From sequence record MG748547: 64,000 bases of DNA. One strand, 5' to 3'. The stretch is from Escherichia phage EP75. The notes under the pieces are model-generated. The model was not told the origin of the DNA, made no database searches, and was given only the letters and a program-made list of their open reading frames with translations. Positions within the stretch are counted from its first letter, which is position 1, and each line of letters starts with the position of its first letter. The translations under genes were made by a program, and so were the position numbers. Below, piece by piece: positions 36,760 through 46,328 of this stretch.

Positions 36760-37329
36760 ATGAAACCGTTTATAGAATATTTTAAAGAACAAGCTCAACA
36801 ACCGCAAACTCATGGCGGCATACAAGGCAAAAGTGTAACCATCACCAAACAGGCCGACGGAACCCAATGGTGTACTGGTGCCACCGTGACCCAGATCACT
36901 CCAGATAATCAGGCCGACATCTATAATCTGGAATTGACTAACGGCAACACCACCAAAGTAAAACTCACACCGGACCAGGTTCATGCAGTTTCTGTCGGTA
37001 AAGATGTGGTTGCCGTTCATGACGGTTTTGAGTTCTTCTTTGGGAAAGATGCCAGCAAAGGTCAGGTCACAGAATCCTATGCCCAAGAATTGGCGAACAT
37101 GGATAAGATGATCGGTAAAGCGCTGGGCGTTGGCAAATCTCGTAAAAGCGGTCGTACAGAGTTTGAATATTCCGGTATTCCTGGTATTGGAAAACCTGTC
37201 GCAATCGACTTCGGCGGAGAAGACGATCCATATGTAATTGTCACAGTCGCTGGCAAACAGCATGACATCAGTAAGGGAAAAACCCTAGCTGCGGACATTG
37301 CCAAATATATCGGCGTTAAACCTGTCTAA
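36760..37329 (+). CDS. internal-protein-like protein
   Basis: N-terminus MKPFIEYFKEQAQQ resembles the T4 IP capsid-targeting sequence (MKTYQEFIAEA). Confidence 0.45.
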   Translation: MKPFIEYFKEQAQQPQTHGGIQGKSVTITKQADGTQWCTGATVTQITPDNQADIYNLELTNGNTTKVKLTPDQVHAVSVGKDVVAVHDGFEFFFGKDASKGQVTESYAQELANMDKMIGKALGVGKSRKSGRTEFEYSGIPGIGKPVAIDFGGEDDPYVIVTVAGKQHDISKGKTLAADIAKYIGVKPV

Positions 37330-37338
37330 GGAGGTTGT

Positions 37339-37581
37339 ATGAAAGGATTCCAGGACTTCCTCTTGAAGGAAGCAAAGGTTGACCATCGCCGTCTTGGACA
37401 GCAGGGCATGTATGACATCACCGACGTTGGCCGCCCTAACAAAGGCGATCTGATTGATTACTATGATCGCAACGGGGATAAACATCAGGGGAAAGTGAAG
37501 TCTGTGAACGCACAGAACATTATGACCCTGACGAACACCAGCACGGGTGAAACCGTCAAGCTGACTTTGATCAAGCCTTGA
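37339..37581 (+). CDS. internal-protein-like small protein
   Basis: N-terminus MKGFQDFLLKEAK resembles the T4 IP capsid-targeting sequence; basic 80-aa protein. Confidence 0.45.
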   Translation: MKGFQDFLLKEAKVDHRRLGQQGMYDITDVGRPNKGDLIDYYDRNGDKHQGKVKSVNAQNIMTLTNTSTGETVKLTLIKP

Positions 37582-37585
37582 TGAC

Positions 37586-37617
37586 AATCCCCCTAAATAC
37601 AGGGGGATTTCTTTTTC
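37586..37617 (+). terminator. intrinsic terminator
   Basis: ATCCCCC-TAAATAC-AGGGGGAT hairpin followed by TTCTTTTTCT. Confidence 0.6.
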
Positions 37618-37630
37618 TGAGGAAACAATC

Positions 37631-37984
37631 ATGGTTAACGCGAGTATATTCATCAACCGTGGACTGCTTGCTATAGCCCACTCTCATGCCCTCCACTTCG
37701 TTACAACGTCCTATGCCAAGCACAAGGCACTCGGGGAGTTCTACGGGAAACTGGAGGACTTGCTGGACACCTTTACGGAAGCGTATATTGGTGCGGGTGG
37801 TATATACATTCCAGGATTCGAGAACATCAAATTATACAATCCTGAACCGATATCGTATATCAACAGCGTGGTCATCGACGTTAATGGGATCTACAATCAG
37901 TGTGATAGCCATTTACAAAACACGCTTGACGAAATCAAAACTTTGTGCTATCAAACGATTTACAAACTGAAGCAATTGTCCTAA
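37631..37984 (+). CDS. hypothetical protein
   Basis: 117-aa ORF. Confidence 0.4.
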   Translation: MVNASIFINRGLLAIAHSHALHFVTTSYAKHKALGEFYGKLEDLLDTFTEAYIGAGGIYIPGFENIKLYNPEPISYINSVVIDVNGIYNQCDSHLQNTLDEIKTLCYQTIYKLKQLS

Positions 37985-38047
37985 CTCAATAGGATCATCA
38001 TCAGGTTATAATTTTGCCCATTCGTCATCAATAGGATACAGATAACA

Positions 38048-38665
38048 ATGGGCAAAATCTTTATACCTTCTCACTCAGAAGGTTGTCAAATCGCTGCAAA
38101 ATTTCTACACAAACAAATGAATTGTGGTGCTGTGTTCGTAGAACCAAATTCATTCGATAATCGTGAATCCCCTGACGCCATCGGGTTCAGACCTGGAGGT
38201 TGTTCTATATTAATGGAAGTTAAAGTCTCCCGCGCCGACTTCCTGACAGACAAAAAGAAACCTCATCGCATGAATCCTTCCATAGGCATGGGAGCATATC
38301 GTTTCTATGTTTGCCCAGCAGATGTTATTAAAATTGAAGACCTCCCTCCCAAGTGGGGTTTGTTGTACTTCACCCCTAGAAAATCTTTGAAGCCCGTTCA
38401 CGTTCCAAATATGCAATATTCCTCTTTGTCTTCACCGGAACATTATGCATCATATTTGTCTAAATCTTTGGACAAAAGAAGACCTACAGATATCCCTCCT
38501 TATCTATTAGGGTACAAACAGATGCTGGAAGAATTCGCCCACTTTGAACGCAATCAGGTTGCGGAACAAAATATTCTGTATGGGGCTTGGCGACAGCTTT
38601 GCATAGCTCAAAGTCGCGGGGTGGATTATAATGTGACAGAAGTGTTCCAGAGGCCAAATATCTAA
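38048..38665 (+). CDS. hypothetical protein, possible PD-(D/E)xK-like nuclease
   Basis: 205 aa; ESPDAIGF ... ILMEVKVS suggests D / ExK nuclease motifs; weak. Confidence 0.35.
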   Translation: MGKIFIPSHSEGCQIAAKFLHKQMNCGAVFVEPNSFDNRESPDAIGFRPGGCSILMEVKVSRADFLTDKKKPHRMNPSIGMGAYRFYVCPADVIKIEDLPPKWGLLYFTPRKSLKPVHVPNMQYSSLSSPEHYASYLSKSLDKRRPTDIPPYLLGYKQMLEEFAHFERNQVAEQNILYGAWRQLCIAQSRGVDYNVTEVFQRPNI

Positions 38666-39729
38666 TGAAATTCTTGGACGAACAATACATCAATTTTCTC
38701 GCCCCCCGACTTGATAAATTCAGTTGGGAACGTGTTGGCGCTGTCGCCAAATTTCGTTGCCCATTATGTGGGGATTCTAAGAAGAGTGCCAACAAGCGTC
38801 GTGGTCACTTCTTTTATGATCGTGATGACGATGTGTTTCGTTTCAAGTGCCACAACTGTAATGAAATGAGCGGTTGGGCGTTTGAATTCTGGTTGAAGAA
38901 GTTTGACGAGCGTCTGTATAATGAATACAACCTTGAAAAATTCAGGATCATGGGGGATACCAGTTCCCGCCCGTTACAAAAACTCAAACCATTACAGCGC
39001 CTGACCCAGACAGCACGTATCGGTTCTCAGGTCGCCAAACGGGATGAAGAGCACCTTGGGAATATGATACGCCTTGATCTTCTTGACCGTGATCATATCG
39101 CCCGTCGTTACGTTGAAGGCAGGGGAATGCCGGAGAGCGCGTTATCTCTTTTGTATTACAGCAAGAACTTCCGCGAGGATCTTTTGAATTTTGAAACAGA
39201 CGTTGAAAAACAGAAGAAGATCCCTGAAGATGAACGGTTGGTTATCCCATTCTGGACTCAAGACGGTCGCATGAAGATCGTTCAGGGGCGCGCATTCGGT
39301 GATAACCTTCCTGATAATGTGTTGCGGTACGCCACTGTCAAACCCAAAAACGAGGATACTAAAATCTATGGGGAAGAGCGCATCATATGGAATAAGACCA
39401 AATTGGTCGTTGAAGGTCCAATTGATAGCCTGTTCCTCCCGAATTGTTTAGCAACTGCGGATGCCGACCTTCTGAGCGCCAAGGGGGATATCTATATCCC
39501 TGACAACCAATATCGAAACAAACAAGTTTGTGATGGTATACAGAAAATGATAGACAGCGGAGTCAAAGTCGTTCTGTTCCCACCAGAAATTCCATGGAAG
39601 GATATCAACGATATGGTCCATCCGGATAAGGGGAACATCCCTATTCGTGATTTGCTTCAGATCATAGCCAAGAACGTGTATCAGGGGTTGGCAGCGTCCC
39701 TGAGGTTTTCAGATTTGAGGAAGATATAA
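38665..39729 (+). CDS. 61: DNA primase (gp61-like)
   Basis: N-terminal zinc ribbon CPLCGDS ... CHNCN and TOPRIM-like region LVVEGPIDSLFLP align with T4 gp61. Confidence 0.85.
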   Translation: MKFLDEQYINFLAPRLDKFSWERVGAVAKFRCPLCGDSKKSANKRRGHFFYDRDDDVFRFKCHNCNEMSGWAFEFWLKKFDERLYNEYNLEKFRIMGDTSSRPLQKLKPLQRLTQTARIGSQVAKRDEEHLGNMIRLDLLDRDHIARRYVEGRGMPESALSLLYYSKNFREDLLNFETDVEKQKKIPEDERLVIPFWTQDGRMKIVQGRAFGDNLPDNVLRYATVKPKNEDTKIYGEERIIWNKTKLVVEGPIDSLFLPNCLATADADLLSAKGDIYIPDNQYRNKQVCDGIQKMIDSGVKVVLFPPEIPWKDINDMVHPDKGNIPIRDLLQIIAKNVYQGLAASLRFSDLRKI

Positions 39730-39769
39730 GAACTGACCTAAAACTTTTTAACTCAAAATATTTCCCTCC

Positions 39770-39795
39770 AGGCCTCGTTCTATGAGGCCTCTTAA
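39770..39795 (+). terminator. hairpin, weak terminator candidate
   Basis: AGGCCTC-GTTCTAT-GAGGCCT followed by CTTAAAATA; weak U-tract. Confidence 0.35.
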
Positions 39796-39834
39796 AATAC
39801 TTCAAAAATATTTTAAAAATTTATTGAAAAAGAC

Positions 39835-39863
39835 TTTACTCTTCAATAATGACGCACTATTAT
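39835..39863 (+). promoter_or_regulatory. T4-type early (sigma70-like) promoter
   Basis: -35 TTTACT (39835..39840), 17-nt spacer, -10 TATTAT (39858..39863). Confidence 0.55.
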
Positions 39864-39940
39864 AGTTCACATAGGGCGGTACACAACACCCCGCCGAATG
39901 AAAAGTGAAACGAACCAACTACATTATGAGGAATTACATC

Positions 39941-40429
39941 ATGGCTACTACCAAAACTCTGATCACCAACGGCACCATCTCTTTTGAACTGAACACTGAA
40001 GTTGCAAAAGTTGAAATGTTCCGCATCGCTCAGGCAGCTGGCTTCACTGGTGGCAAAACTTCCTTCATGAACCTGCTGAACGGCAAAGTCAAAGCGACCA
40101 ACGGCTTCACCCTGGTTGAGCAGGTTGTGGTTGACAAAGCAGTCGTCGCAAAAACCGCTGACAAAGTTGGCATGCTGAAAGGCCTGGGGCACGACATCCA
40201 CGTTGTTGAAGCTACGACCGAAACTTACGGCACCATCACTGTCGGAAAGGGGCGCATCCAGCTGAACCCGCTGAATAACGGAACCTTCTCTGTGATGGTA
40301 TTCCCGAAAAAAGGTTACGACAACAGCGATATCGTGAAAGCCGCTGGCGGTGAAGCAAAATCCCAATATGTCAAAATGGGTAAACTGAGCGCCGACGCCG
40401 TTGAAACTCTGGTAAGCAAACTGGCATAA
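39941..40429 (+). CDS. hypothetical protein, probably abundant early protein
   Basis: ATG at 39941 with GAGGA SD; strongly biased codon usage; flanked by early promoter and strong terminator. Confidence 0.5.
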   Translation: MATTKTLITNGTISFELNTEVAKVEMFRIAQAAGFTGGKTSFMNLLNGKVKATNGFTLVEQVVVDKAVVAKTADKVGMLKGLGHDIHVVEATTETYGTITVGKGRIQLNPLNNGTFSVMVFPKKGYDNSDIVKAAGGEAKSQYVKMGKLSADAVETLVSKLA

Positions 40430-40436
40430 GTCACAA

Positions 40437-40460
40437 GGGGAGGCAACTCCCCTCCTTATT
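40437..40460 (+). terminator. intrinsic terminator
   Basis: GGGGAGG-CAACT-CCCCTCC hairpin followed by TTATTC. Confidence 0.5.
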
Positions 40461-40483
40461 CAGAATTTTGGTAGGAGATTATC

Positions 40484-40672
40484 ATGGGACGTCCGATTAT
40501 CCACGTTTCAGAAGGCGCGATTTGGGTTATGACCCGCATCCCTAATGTTCATTTTCCTCAGTTCCAAGAGGAAATCGAGCAAGCAATGCTAACGATCCTG
40601 GAAAAATACGGGTACGACACTGAAGTCCGTGAATCCTTCAACGAAATTATGCCTGTGGTGGTTGCGCGATGA
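40484..40672 (+). CDS. hypothetical small protein
   Basis: 62-aa ORF with AGGAG SD. Confidence 0.35.
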   Translation: MGRPIIHVSEGAIWVMTRIPNVHFPQFQEEIEQAMLTILEKYGYDTEVRESFNEIMPVVVAR

Positions 40673-40974
40673 CCCTGACCCTCGAACAAATCGGCGAAGC
40701 AACCTGTCACCTCCTGAAGGAAAAGACAGGCAAGCAGTGGAAGCATCAGTTGTACAAAGATCACCCTGATGGCGTAGGGGCGATCATGATTGATAGCGAA
40801 GAGTCAACAGCCGTCCTCTTCTATTGGCAAGACACTGGCCGCTGGTCGGCTCAGACTTATGGTGGGAATAAGCAATCTAACTCCGTGCCTTCACCAGTGG
40901 AGGCATATGAAAGTCTGAAGAGAGGCATTCAAATGCAGATCGCTAATCTAAACACTCTCTTGTCAACTATCTAA
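40669..40974 (+). CDS. hypothetical small protein
   Basis: 101-aa ORF, ATGA overlap. Confidence 0.35.
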   Translation: MTLTLEQIGEATCHLLKEKTGKQWKHQLYKDHPDGVGAIMIDSEESTAVLFYWQDTGRWSAQTYGGNKQSNSVPSPVEAYESLKRGIQMQIANLNTLLSTI

Positions 40975-41006
40975 CATAGCAGTTCCTCAAGTCAGTTCAC
41001 TTTCAC

Positions 41007-41036
41007 TTTAAATACCTCTGCAATCACTGCGGAGGT
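41007..41036 (+). promoter_or_regulatory. late-like box TTTAAATA abutting an SD-sequestering hairpin upstream of the endolysin gene
   Basis: TTTAAATA (41007..41014) immediately followed by hairpin ACCTCTGC-AATCACT-GCGGAGGT whose 3' arm contains the GGAGG SD; ATG at 41045. Confidence 0.4.
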
Positions 41037-41044
41037 ATTTTCTT

Positions 41045-41839
41045 ATGGCCATTCTAAAACTTGGCAACCGAGGTTCTGAAGTCAAATCACTTCAGCAAAG
41101 CCTCAATAAAATCGGGTTCTCTCTTATAGCTGATGGCATATTTGGTAAGGCGACCGAGAATGCTGTCAAATCCGTTCAGGCAGGTGCCGGACTGGTGATT
41201 GATGGTATTGCAGGTCCAAAAACCTTCTATGCTATCCGTAATGCCGGAGACGCTCATCAGGAACATCTTACCGAAGCCGACTTAGTTGACGCAGCGCGTG
41301 AACTTGGTGTCGAACTGGCCAGCATGAAAGCTGTTAACCAGGTCGAATCTCGGGGTACTGGTTTCACCAAAACAGGTAAGATCAAAACTCTGTTCGAGCG
41401 CCACATCATGTATAAGAAAGTGGCGGCTAAATTCGGACAAGCAAGAGCCAATGCTCTGTACCAACTTTACCCAACATTGGTTAACCCCAATTCTGGTGGC
41501 TATATCGGCGGAGACGCGGAGTTGGAACGCCTTCAGGGTGCAATCGCCCTTGATGAGGACTGCGCGTACGAGAGTGCGTCCTACGGCTTATTCCAGATCA
41601 TGGGGTTCAATTGCCAGATATGTGGTTATCCGAACGCCAAAGAAATGTTCACAGATTTTCTGACTGGTGAACGTGCACATCTTCTGGCATTTGTGAAATT
41701 CATCAAAGCTGACGCCAATATGTGGAAAGCATTGAAGAACAAAAATTGGGCTGAGTTCGCCCGTCGGTACAATGGTCCAGCATATGCCAAGAACCAGTAT
41801 GACACCAAACTAGCGGCGGCATACAAGAGTTTCTGTTAA
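41045..41839 (+). CDS. endolysin: peptidoglycan-binding domain plus N-acetylmuramidase-like catalytic domain
   Basis: N-terminal PG_binding-like repeat (LKLGNRGSEVKSLQQSLNKIGF ... IDGIAGPKTF); C-terminal domain with FQIMGFN and YNGPAYAKNQYD resembling phage muramidases. Confidence 0.75.
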   Translation: MAILKLGNRGSEVKSLQQSLNKIGFSLIADGIFGKATENAVKSVQAGAGLVIDGIAGPKTFYAIRNAGDAHQEHLTEADLVDAARELGVELASMKAVNQVESRGTGFTKTGKIKTLFERHIMYKKVAAKFGQARANALYQLYPTLVNPNSGGYIGGDAELERLQGAIALDEDCAYESASYGLFQIMGFNCQICGYPNAKEMFTDFLTGERAHLLAFVKFIKADANMWKALKNKNWAEFARRYNGPAYAKNQYDTKLAAAYKSFC

Positions 41840-41842
41840 CAA

Positions 41843-41868
41843 AAGGCCGGAAACGGCCTTTTTCTTTA
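41843..41868 (+). terminator. intrinsic terminator
   Basis: AAGGCCG-GAAA-CGGCCTT hairpin followed by TTTCTTT. Confidence 0.65.
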
Positions 41869-41944
41869 TCTAACATACAGGTATGCTGGGCACGTCGCTT
41901 AATTAAAGGTGTCGACAACCCCTGTAGATATAGGAAGGTTCAAC

Positions 41945-42784
41945 ATGCAATCTGCGTCTAAAGTTGTATCCATGAAGCCAGCGAAGACAAAATCTGCTCG
42001 TAAGAAAGACACCATCCAGAAGGAAGAAGACTGGATGAAGTTTTCCAAAGGCGATTTCAAAATTGCTCCGTTCAATGGCCTCTCAGAAAATCAGAACCTC
42101 GCATATCAATCCGCACTCAATGAACATCTCACTATCGCTATCGGTCCGGCAGGTACAGGCAAATCCTATTGTGGTGCGTCCGCTGCTGCCAAGCATCTGA
42201 TTGACAAAACCATCAACAAGATTATCATCACGCGTTCTCCTTTACCGACTGGAACCACAGCGGGGTTCCGGCCTGGTGACACATATGAAAAGCTGATGCC
42301 TTATTTGATGCCGCTCATACAGACATTCAAAAAGGTTCTCAAAACAGATACGGGTTCCGACGGTTTCTTCAACTATCTGTGGGAGAAACGCATCATAGAA
42401 ATTCAAGACCTTGAAACTGTGAAGGGGATGACTTTCGATGATTGTTTCCTGATTATCGAAGAGGCGCAGGAATGCGATATGGAGCAACTGAAAAACTTAT
42501 TGACTCGTGCTTCAGATTCTTCGTACATCTTCGTGAATGGAGATATCAAACAGTCTAACAAGCGACTGCGTGATAGTGCGTTACAGACGTATGTGGATTC
42601 CTTTAAAGACTTCAACAACAAGCTGGAAACAGGTTCTTTGCAAATTGACGGTGTAGAAATCGGAGATGAATATCCTGAGTGGGTTCAGCCATTCAGCATC
42701 ATCGAATTCGATAAGTCTGATCGTAATGGTCGCGGTAACTTCACCCGCCTGATGTTAGAAATTAACGACCTGTACAACATTTAA
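41945..42784 (+). CDS. phoH: PhoH-like ATPase
   Basis: Walker A GPAGTGKSY and downstream PhoH-type motifs (ITRSP, FLIIEEAQ); GGAAGG SD; alternative GTG at 41909. Confidence 0.8.
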   Translation: MQSASKVVSMKPAKTKSARKKDTIQKEEDWMKFSKGDFKIAPFNGLSENQNLAYQSALNEHLTIAIGPAGTGKSYCGASAAAKHLIDKTINKIIITRSPLPTGTTAGFRPGDTYEKLMPYLMPLIQTFKKVLKTDTGSDGFFNYLWEKRIIEIQDLETVKGMTFDDCFLIIEEAQECDMEQLKNLLTRASDSSYIFVNGDIKQSNKRLRDSALQTYVDSFKDFNNKLETGSLQIDGVEIGDEYPEWVQPFSIIEFDKSDRNGRGNFTRLMLEINDLYNI

Positions 42785-42868
42785 ATACCACACGAACTTC
42801 CCCGTCGCCTTCAATCCATGGAGGCGACGTATAATAACAGCCTGCATTAACACAAACCGAGGATCGCT

Positions 42869-45145
42869 ATGATTAACATCATAAAGCGGGACGGATCTTC
42901 TGTCCCCTTTGACATTGAAAAACTCCACACTGTTCTTGAACGTGCCTGTGAAGGATTAGAAGGAGTTTCGGTGTCTGAGGTGGAAGCAGCATCGAAGATT
43001 CAGTTCACAGACAATATGAAAACCGAACGCATTCAGGATATTATCATCCAAGCGGCGGCTACATTGATTTCTGTAGAAAAACCCAACTACCAATATGTTG
43101 CTGCCCGCCTGAAATCGTATGACCTGCGCAAAGTCGTCTATGGGCGATACAAGCCACCTCACTTGCTTGATATATTCGCTAAAAACATCAAGCAGGGCGT
43201 TTATGATCGTGAATTCCTCGAACTCTATACGAAAGAAGAATTTGAAGAACTGAACACGGTCATCAATCACAAACGCGACAAGAATTTTACTTGGGCGGCT
43301 ATGGGCCAGCTCACGCAAAAATATCTTTTGCGCGATCGCTCAGCAGACAGCAAAGTATATTACGAAACGCCTCAAGTCATGTATATGGCGATCGCGATGG
43401 CTCTGTTCTCTGCATGGGATAAAGAAACTCGCCTGACGATGGTGAAGAAATTTTATGAATACGCCAGTACAGGTAAATTCAGTCTTCCAACACCCATCAT
43501 GTCCGGCGTTCGTACCCCAACCCGCCAATTCAGTTCTTGTGTTCTTATCAAAACCGGTGACACTTTGGACTCAATCAATGCTACAGCCAAAAGTATTGTT
43601 GATTATGTATCCAAACGCGCTGGGATCGGATTTGATGTCGGAGCAATTCGTGGCATCGGTAGCCCTATCCGAAAAGGTGAAATGGTGCACACAGGTCTGG
43701 TTCCTTTCATAAAATATCTGACTGGGGCATTAAAGTCTTGCTCTCAAGGCGGTATTCGTGGCGGATCAGCAACTTGCTATATCCCTATCTGGCATTATCA
43801 ATTTGATGATGTTGTGGTCCTGAAGAACAACCGTGGTCTTGAAGAGAACCGTGAACGCCGTATCGACTATGGTATTCAGATCAACCGCGTCATGTTCGAA
43901 CGTCTGGTGAACAAACAACCCCTGTATTTGTTCGATCCGAAAGACAACCGCGATATGTACGAAGCGTTTTTCGCAGATGTCGATAAGTTCCGTACCCTGT
44001 ACGACAACATGGTCAAAGCTGCTGATGCTGGTTTGGTTCGTGCCAAGAAGATGAATGCGGAAGAAGTATTCCAGATGTTGTTGGATCAGCGTTCAGATAC
44101 AGGCCGCATCTACATCGCGTTTGTCGACCACATGAACCAGTACAGTCCATTCAATCTAGACACAATCTATAGTTCTAATCTGTGTCTGGAGATTGCGCTT
44201 CCTACTCGTGAGTTCCAACAGTATGATGATGAAGATGGTCGCATTGCCCTGTGTACACTCGCATCATTTAACCTGACGGCGTTTGAAGATCCAACAGAAA
44301 TGGAAGATGTTGCTTTCGTTCTGGTTTCAGCTTTGGATATGTTGTTGGAATATCAGGACTACCCAGCTCGCCAAGCCCGTTTGGCTGTAGAAGAATATCG
44401 TCCTCTGGGTATCGGTATCGTCAACGTCGCGCATTTCCTGGCCAAGAACTTCACGGGTTATGGATCGCCTGTCGGATTAGAACTTCTAGACAAGTGGATG
44501 GCACATCTTCATTTCTACTTGGTCAAAGCGTCCAACCGTCTGGCCATGCGTTTCGGATCTTGTAAGAAGTCAACTATCCATGATTCTGGATTTGTGACAG
44601 CAGACCTTCAGCCTCTCCCGCTAGACATCCTACCCAATGGCAAAAAGCCTGTTGGGCAAGCCTATGGTCTTGACTGGGAAGGTCTGAAGCAGAACCTATC
44701 CGAGTATGGGATCCGTAACGCCACGTTGTTAGCCGTAGCACCAACTGAAAGCTCCTCTCAGGTGCTGAACGCAACGAACGGTATAGAACCACCAAAAGGT
44801 CTCATCAGCATCAAAGGCAGCAAGGACGGCGTCTATAAACAGATCGTTCCGGATGTAGAAACCCTTGGTCCTCTATATGACCTGAAATGGAATTTGGATT
44901 GTATTGAATACCTGAAGACGGCTGCGGTCATACAACGTTGGGTAGATCAATCTATCAGCACCAACACATGGTATGACCCAGAGAAATATCCAGAAGGCAA
45001 GATCCCGCGCTCTCTTATGATGCAGGATATTCTGTCTTTCTACATGTGGGGTGGTAAAACTCTGTATTACAACACCAACAAAGACTCCAAGGAAGACGAG
45101 GAGTTGTCTCAGGCTGTTGTTGAATGTGACACCTGTGTTGTTTGA
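42869..45145 (+). CDS. nrdA: ribonucleotide reductase large subunit, class Ia (NrdA)
   Basis: 758 aa; ATP-cone N-terminus (IIKRDGSSVPFDIEKL), catalytic NLCLEI, C-terminal CDTC redox pair. Confidence 0.9.
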   Translation: MINIIKRDGSSVPFDIEKLHTVLERACEGLEGVSVSEVEAASKIQFTDNMKTERIQDIIIQAAATLISVEKPNYQYVAARLKSYDLRKVVYGRYKPPHLLDIFAKNIKQGVYDREFLELYTKEEFEELNTVINHKRDKNFTWAAMGQLTQKYLLRDRSADSKVYYETPQVMYMAIAMALFSAWDKETRLTMVKKFYEYASTGKFSLPTPIMSGVRTPTRQFSSCVLIKTGDTLDSINATAKSIVDYVSKRAGIGFDVGAIRGIGSPIRKGEMVHTGLVPFIKYLTGALKSCSQGGIRGGSATCYIPIWHYQFDDVVVLKNNRGLEENRERRIDYGIQINRVMFERLVNKQPLYLFDPKDNRDMYEAFFADVDKFRTLYDNMVKAADAGLVRAKKMNAEEVFQMLLDQRSDTGRIYIAFVDHMNQYSPFNLDTIYSSNLCLEIALPTREFQQYDDEDGRIALCTLASFNLTAFEDPTEMEDVAFVLVSALDMLLEYQDYPARQARLAVEEYRPLGIGIVNVAHFLAKNFTGYGSPVGLELLDKWMAHLHFYLVKASNRLAMRFGSCKKSTIHDSGFVTADLQPLPLDILPNGKKPVGQAYGLDWEGLKQNLSEYGIRNATLLAVAPTESSSQVLNATNGIEPPKGLISIKGSKDGVYKQIVPDVETLGPLYDLKWNLDCIEYLKTAAVIQRWVDQSISTNTWYDPEKYPEGKIPRSLMMQDILSFYMWGGKTLYYNTNKDSKEDEELSQAVVECDTCVV

Positions 45146-45215
45146 TTAGGTCTATACAACACAAACGTTTAATATCAGGGGTGATTCGTCACCCCTTATT
45201 CATCAGGAAAGAAAT

Positions 45216-46319
45216 ATGAACGAACAAAAGCAATTTTCAGTATTTGACCCATCTTCAGATAATACAGGTTTACCGTTCTTTGGCGACCCTGTGAGCATCC
45301 AACGTTATGACAAAGTCGCATGGCCTTTTGTGCAGAAATGGTATGAAAAAGGTCTTAGTCAATTCTGGCGTCCGGAAGAAGTAGACGTGACTAAAGACAA
45401 AGCCGACTTTGCCACACTCTCCGCAGCAGAACAACACATTTACTTCAGCAATCTGAAACGGCAGACCATGCTGGATTCTATTCAGGGTGCCGCCCCTGAC
45501 GAGGCGTTCAAGGTGTGGACTTCAACGCCTGAAATGCAGTTCGCTGTACAGGAATGGTGTCGTCAGGAATCTATTCACTCCCTGTCGTACACGCACATCC
45601 TGCGCAATACGGTGAACGACCCTGGCATCGTGTTTGACCACCTCCTGGACGATGCCGAAATCGTAGACTGTGCCAAGCAGATCAGCACCTACTACGACGA
45701 TATGGTGCGTTATAGCGGAATGCGCATGGCGGGACGTTTGTTTACCCGTGATGATATCATGAACGCCAAGCGTGCATTCTGGCGTGCTCTATTTGCCGCC
45801 AACTCCCTCGAAGGCGTCCGTTTCTATGTTTCATTTGCGTGTTCTTGGGCTTTCATGCAATTCCTCAACAAAATGGAAGGCAACGCTAAAATCATCCGTC
45901 AGATTGCTCGTGATGAGCAAGACCATTTGATCCTCACCCAAACACTGCTGAACCGTCTACCACTGATGGACCCTGATTTTGCCATTATCAGAGAAGAACT
46001 GCGTGGCGAAATGACCCAGATGTATGTGGATGTGGTCAACCAAGAGAAAGAGTGGGCGAACTATCTGTTCAAAGACGGATCCATGCTGGGTCTGAACGCA
46101 AATATCTTACACCAAATGGTTGATTGGCTAGCAACACATCGTATGGGCGCGATTGGCCACCCGTACCCTGGGCAAGCCCGTAAAGACAATCCGGTTCCAT
46201 GGATAAATGAGTGGCTAGATAATAAAACAATGCAATACGCATTACAGGAAGCGGAAGCCCCTGATTATCTGACTGGTGTCCTTACTGGATCAGTCTCCGA
46301 CGGTCTGAAATTTGTTTAA
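45216..46319 (+). CDS. nrdB: ribonucleotide reductase small subunit (NrdB)
   Basis: 367 aa; di-iron ligand motifs (ESIHS, EGVRFY, DEQDHL) and radical tyrosine region. Confidence 0.9.
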   Translation: MNEQKQFSVFDPSSDNTGLPFFGDPVSIQRYDKVAWPFVQKWYEKGLSQFWRPEEVDVTKDKADFATLSAAEQHIYFSNLKRQTMLDSIQGAAPDEAFKVWTSTPEMQFAVQEWCRQESIHSLSYTHILRNTVNDPGIVFDHLLDDAEIVDCAKQISTYYDDMVRYSGMRMAGRLFTRDDIMNAKRAFWRALFAANSLEGVRFYVSFACSWAFMQFLNKMEGNAKIIRQIARDEQDHLILTQTLLNRLPLMDPDFAIIREELRGEMTQMYVDVVNQEKEWANYLFKDGSMLGLNANILHQMVDWLATHRMGAIGHPYPGQARKDNPVPWINEWLDNKTMQYALQEAEAPDYLTGVLTGSVSDGLKFV

Positions 46320-46328
46320 AGGTGAGAA

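Noticed and set aside
36184-37263. 359-aa ORF on - strand, and 35467..35979
   Set aside because: Antisense to the internal-protein-like genes that have SDs, targeting-sequence N-termini and flanking terminators on the + strand.
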